From the NCBI GenBank assembly GCA_052279835.1, contig CP181291.1, positions 2,560,001 to 2,624,000 of the forward strand: DNA of 64,000 nt. Direction: 5' to 3'. Shown here piece by piece: positions 61,445 through 64,000 of this stretch. The position numbers and the translations under genes were made by a program. The stretch is from Microcoleus sp. (GTDB lineage Bacteria; Cyanobacteriota; Cyanobacteriia; Cyanobacteriales; Microcoleaceae). The notes beneath the pieces are model-generated. The model saw only the letters and a list, made by a program, of their open reading frames with translations, was not told the DNA's origin and ran no database searches. The first letter of the stretch is position 1, and each line of letters begins with the position of its first letter.

Positions 61445-63595
61445 ATGAAATATCAGGTTGTTCTTCAGCATAGTGAAGAAGATTGCGGAGCTGCTTGCTT
61501 GGCTTCCATCGCTAAATTTTATGGTCAAAATTTAACTATTAGTCGCTTGCGAGAATGCGTCGGTACCGGTCAACAAGGGACGACTTTACTGGGCTTAAAA
61601 CAAGGAGCTGAGGCGATCGGCTTTAATGCTCGATCGGTACGAGCAGCATCTGCCATTTTAGACAAGCTGGATGATGCCCCTCTACCTGCTATTATTCACT
61701 GGAAAGGTTATCACTGGGTAGTTTTGTATGGAAAGCAGGGCAAAAAATATGCGATCGCCGATCCAGGAGTCGGCATCCGCTATGTTTCCAAACAGGAATT
61801 AGCTACTGCTTGGACAGATTGGTTGTGCTTGCTGGTGGAACCAGATCCAGAGCGGTTTTTTGCCCAAGGAGAGAGTCAAGCATCCGCAAGTTCTCTACAG
61901 AGATGGATGCGACGAATTGGGATTTACCGCTCGATTTTGATGGAAGCATTTTTGCTAAATATAGTCTTAGGTTTGTTGTCGATTTCTTCGCCTTTTCTCG
62001 TGCAAATTCTCACCGATGATATTTTGGTGCGAGGCGATACGCAACTTTTGGCTAGTGTGGCGATCGCCGTTATAGTTATGAACCTATTTAGCAGCAGTTT
62101 AGGACTCGTGCAGTCGAACTTAATTGCTCAGTTTTCCCAGCGATTAGAATTGGGATTCGTGATGGAATTCGGGCGCAAACTACTGCGTTTACCTCTGAGC
62201 TTTTACGAAAGTAGACGCAGTGGCGAAGTCATCGGTAGATTAAAAGATATCCAAGAAATAAATCAATTAGTTTCTCAAGTAGCCATCAGCTTACCCAGTC
62301 AATTTTTTATAGCGATAGTTTCTTTTAGTTTCATGCTTTTTTATAGTAAAGAACTAACACTAGCCGCTACACTGATTGCGTGTTTGATGACTGCTTCTAC
62401 TATAATATTTCTGCCCGCATTGCAGCAAAAAACACGCAACTTACTTGTATTAGAATCCGAAACACAAGGGATGTTGGTAGAAACTTTTAAAGGGGCGTTG
62501 ACTGTCAAAACTACTAGCAGCGCCCAACAACTTTGGGAAGAATTGCAAACACGCTTTGGTCGTTTAGCTAATCTTACTTTTCGGACTACCCAAATTGGGA
62601 TATTAAATAATATATTTTCGGGTTTTGTTGCCTCGGCGGGGAGCATTACTATCCTGTGGCTGGGGAGCGGCTTAGTGATTGAAAAAGTCTTGAGTATCGG
62701 TCAATTACTAGCCTTTATTAGCATGAATCAAAATGTGACAAATTTAGTAAACTCAGTGGTAGGATTTAGTGACGAAATGACTCGCGTCCAGACAGCAACT
62801 CAGCGGCTATCGGAGGTGATAGACGCTGAACCGGAAAGCAAAAGCGATCGGAATAAACCTTTTGTACAAATTCAAAACCGGGACGATATTGTTTGTAAGA
62901 ATGTTAAGTTTCACTATCCAGGTAGACTGGATTTGCTCGAAAATTTTTCGGTTACGTTTCCTGGTGGTCAATCCATCGCTTTAATTGGCTATTCCGGCTG
63001 TGGCAAGAGTACCCTAGCTAAAGTAATTGCTGGTTTATATCCGCTGCAATCTGGTAATATTAGAATTGGTGATTATAATTTACAGGATTTGTCTCTTGAC
63101 AGTCTCAGACAGCAGGTAGTTTTGGTTCCTCAAGAAGCACATTTTTGGAGTAGATCGATTCTAGAAAATTTCCGTTTAGGCTATCCAGAAATTAGCTTTG
63201 AACAAATTGTTAAAGCTTGTAAAATTGCTGGGGCGGATGAATTTATCAGTCAATTACCAGATAAATACCAAACGGTGTTAGGGGAATTTGGAGCGAATAT
63301 TTCTGGTGGACAAAGACAAAGATTGGCGATCGCCCGTGCCATTCTCAACAATCCACCCGTATTGATTTTAGACGAATCTACCGCCGGCTTAGATCCGGCC
63401 AGTGAAGCGGAAGTTTTAGAACAGTTGTTGATGTACCGACACGGAAAAACTACGATTTTTATCAGTCACAGGCCGAGGGTGATCGATCGCGCTGATTGGA
63501 TTATCATGTTAGAACGGGGGAAGTTGAAAGTGCAAGGATCTGCTGCCAGATTGCGATCGATTCCCGGAGATCATTTAGAGTTTTTGCATCCTTGA
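61445..63595 (+). CDS. Peptidase C39-containing ABC transporter (PCAT)
   Basis: QHSEEDCGAACL, HWVV, GYSGCGKST and SGGQRQR motifs. Confidence 0.95.
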   Translation: MKYQVVLQHSEEDCGAACLASIAKFYGQNLTISRLRECVGTGQQGTTLLGLKQGAEAIGFNARSVRAASAILDKLDDAPLPAIIHWKGYHWVVLYGKQGKKYAIADPGVGIRYVSKQELATAWTDWLCLLVEPDPERFFAQGESQASASSLQRWMRRIGIYRSILMEAFLLNIVLGLLSISSPFLVQILTDDILVRGDTQLLASVAIAVIVMNLFSSSLGLVQSNLIAQFSQRLELGFVMEFGRKLLRLPLSFYESRRSGEVIGRLKDIQEINQLVSQVAISLPSQFFIAIVSFSFMLFYSKELTLAATLIACLMTASTIIFLPALQQKTRNLLVLESETQGMLVETFKGALTVKTTSSAQQLWEELQTRFGRLANLTFRTTQIGILNNIFSGFVASAGSITILWLGSGLVIEKVLSIGQLLAFISMNQNVTNLVNSVVGFSDEMTRVQTATQRLSEVIDAEPESKSDRNKPFVQIQNRDDIVCKNVKFHYPGRLDLLENFSVTFPGGQSIALIGYSGCGKSTLAKVIAGLYPLQSGNIRIGDYNLQDLSLDSLRQQVVLVPQEAHFWSRSILENFRLGYPEISFEQIVKACKIAGADEFISQLPDKYQTVLGEFGANISGGQRQRLAIARAILNNPPVLILDESTAGLDPASEAEVLEQLLMYRHGKTTIFISHRPRVIDRADWIIMLERGKLKVQGSAARLRSIPGDHLEFLHP

Positions 63596-63806
63596 GCGAG
63601 TTAGAACTTATGAAATCGCCGACTTCTTGAAGAAGTCGGGGGATTTAAGTATTCTGTTGTCCTCAATCAAAGAGAGATTCTAATTATAAATGTTTAATCG
63701 AACCTGATATTACTCAACCGTCGGTGGTGTAATCCAGGCATCTTCCTCACCTGTGCAAGGATTGCGCACACTGATTGCTTGAGTCATGGGATTAAACTCT
63801 GCCTTC

Positions 63807-64000
63807 CTATGGAATCATCCTTTTAGCAAAGCGATATTCTTTGCCTTCTTTAAAAGCGGTAAAACTTTGCCCGTCAGGGCTAAACATTACAGAGAAACTA
63901 TCTGTATCACCATTTTGATACATTATTATGTGAACTTCAATTGATCGTGCCCTAACGTTGCTTTTTTTCCAAACACCCCGCCACAGATTGCTTGCACTCA
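63807..64000 (-). CDS. 3' end of a hypothetical protein running off the window
   Basis: Open frame ..LWRGVWKK..FSVMFSPDGQSFTAFKEGKEYRFAKRMIP*. Confidence 0.4.
   Translation of the reverse strand, partial: SASNLWRGVWKKSNVRARSIEVHIIMYQNGDTDSFSVMFSPDGQSFTAFKEGKEYRFAKRMIP

Overview
64 kb of a cyanobacterial chromosome: dense HIP1 GCGATCGC octamers, heptamer STRR tracts and many dispersed palindromic repeats. The repeat style suggests a filamentous Oscillatoriales (Microcoleus/Tychonema-like) genome; this is an inference, not shown. Housekeeping genes: nrrA with a canonical NtcA promoter, sucCD, mgdA, ebsA, yajQ, murG, hetF, a cyAbrB regulator, recX, ureEFG, metF and trpS. Accessory content: two apparently identical 1666-bp IS5 copies, an IS607 (tnpA+tnpB) element splitting a DUF4385-like gene, an NB-ARC/TPR NLR-like gene with 12 near-identical 120-bp repeats, two large RTX-type surface proteins (one frameshifted), a decayed TPR-CHAT gene, orphan MNT antitoxin genes and a three-precursor double-glycine peptide export cluster. 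The best candidate for an undescribed system is a non-coding tandem array at about 26.95-28.28 kb. It has ~150-bp units, each built as a DIF1-like promoter, a ~50-nt highly conserved RNA and an intrinsic terminator. It resembles the heterocyst sRNA array NsiR1 and lies ~9.4 kb upstream of hetF in an apparently non-heterocystous genome. The first copy's perfect TCCGGA motif has been cut off by the IS5 insertion.
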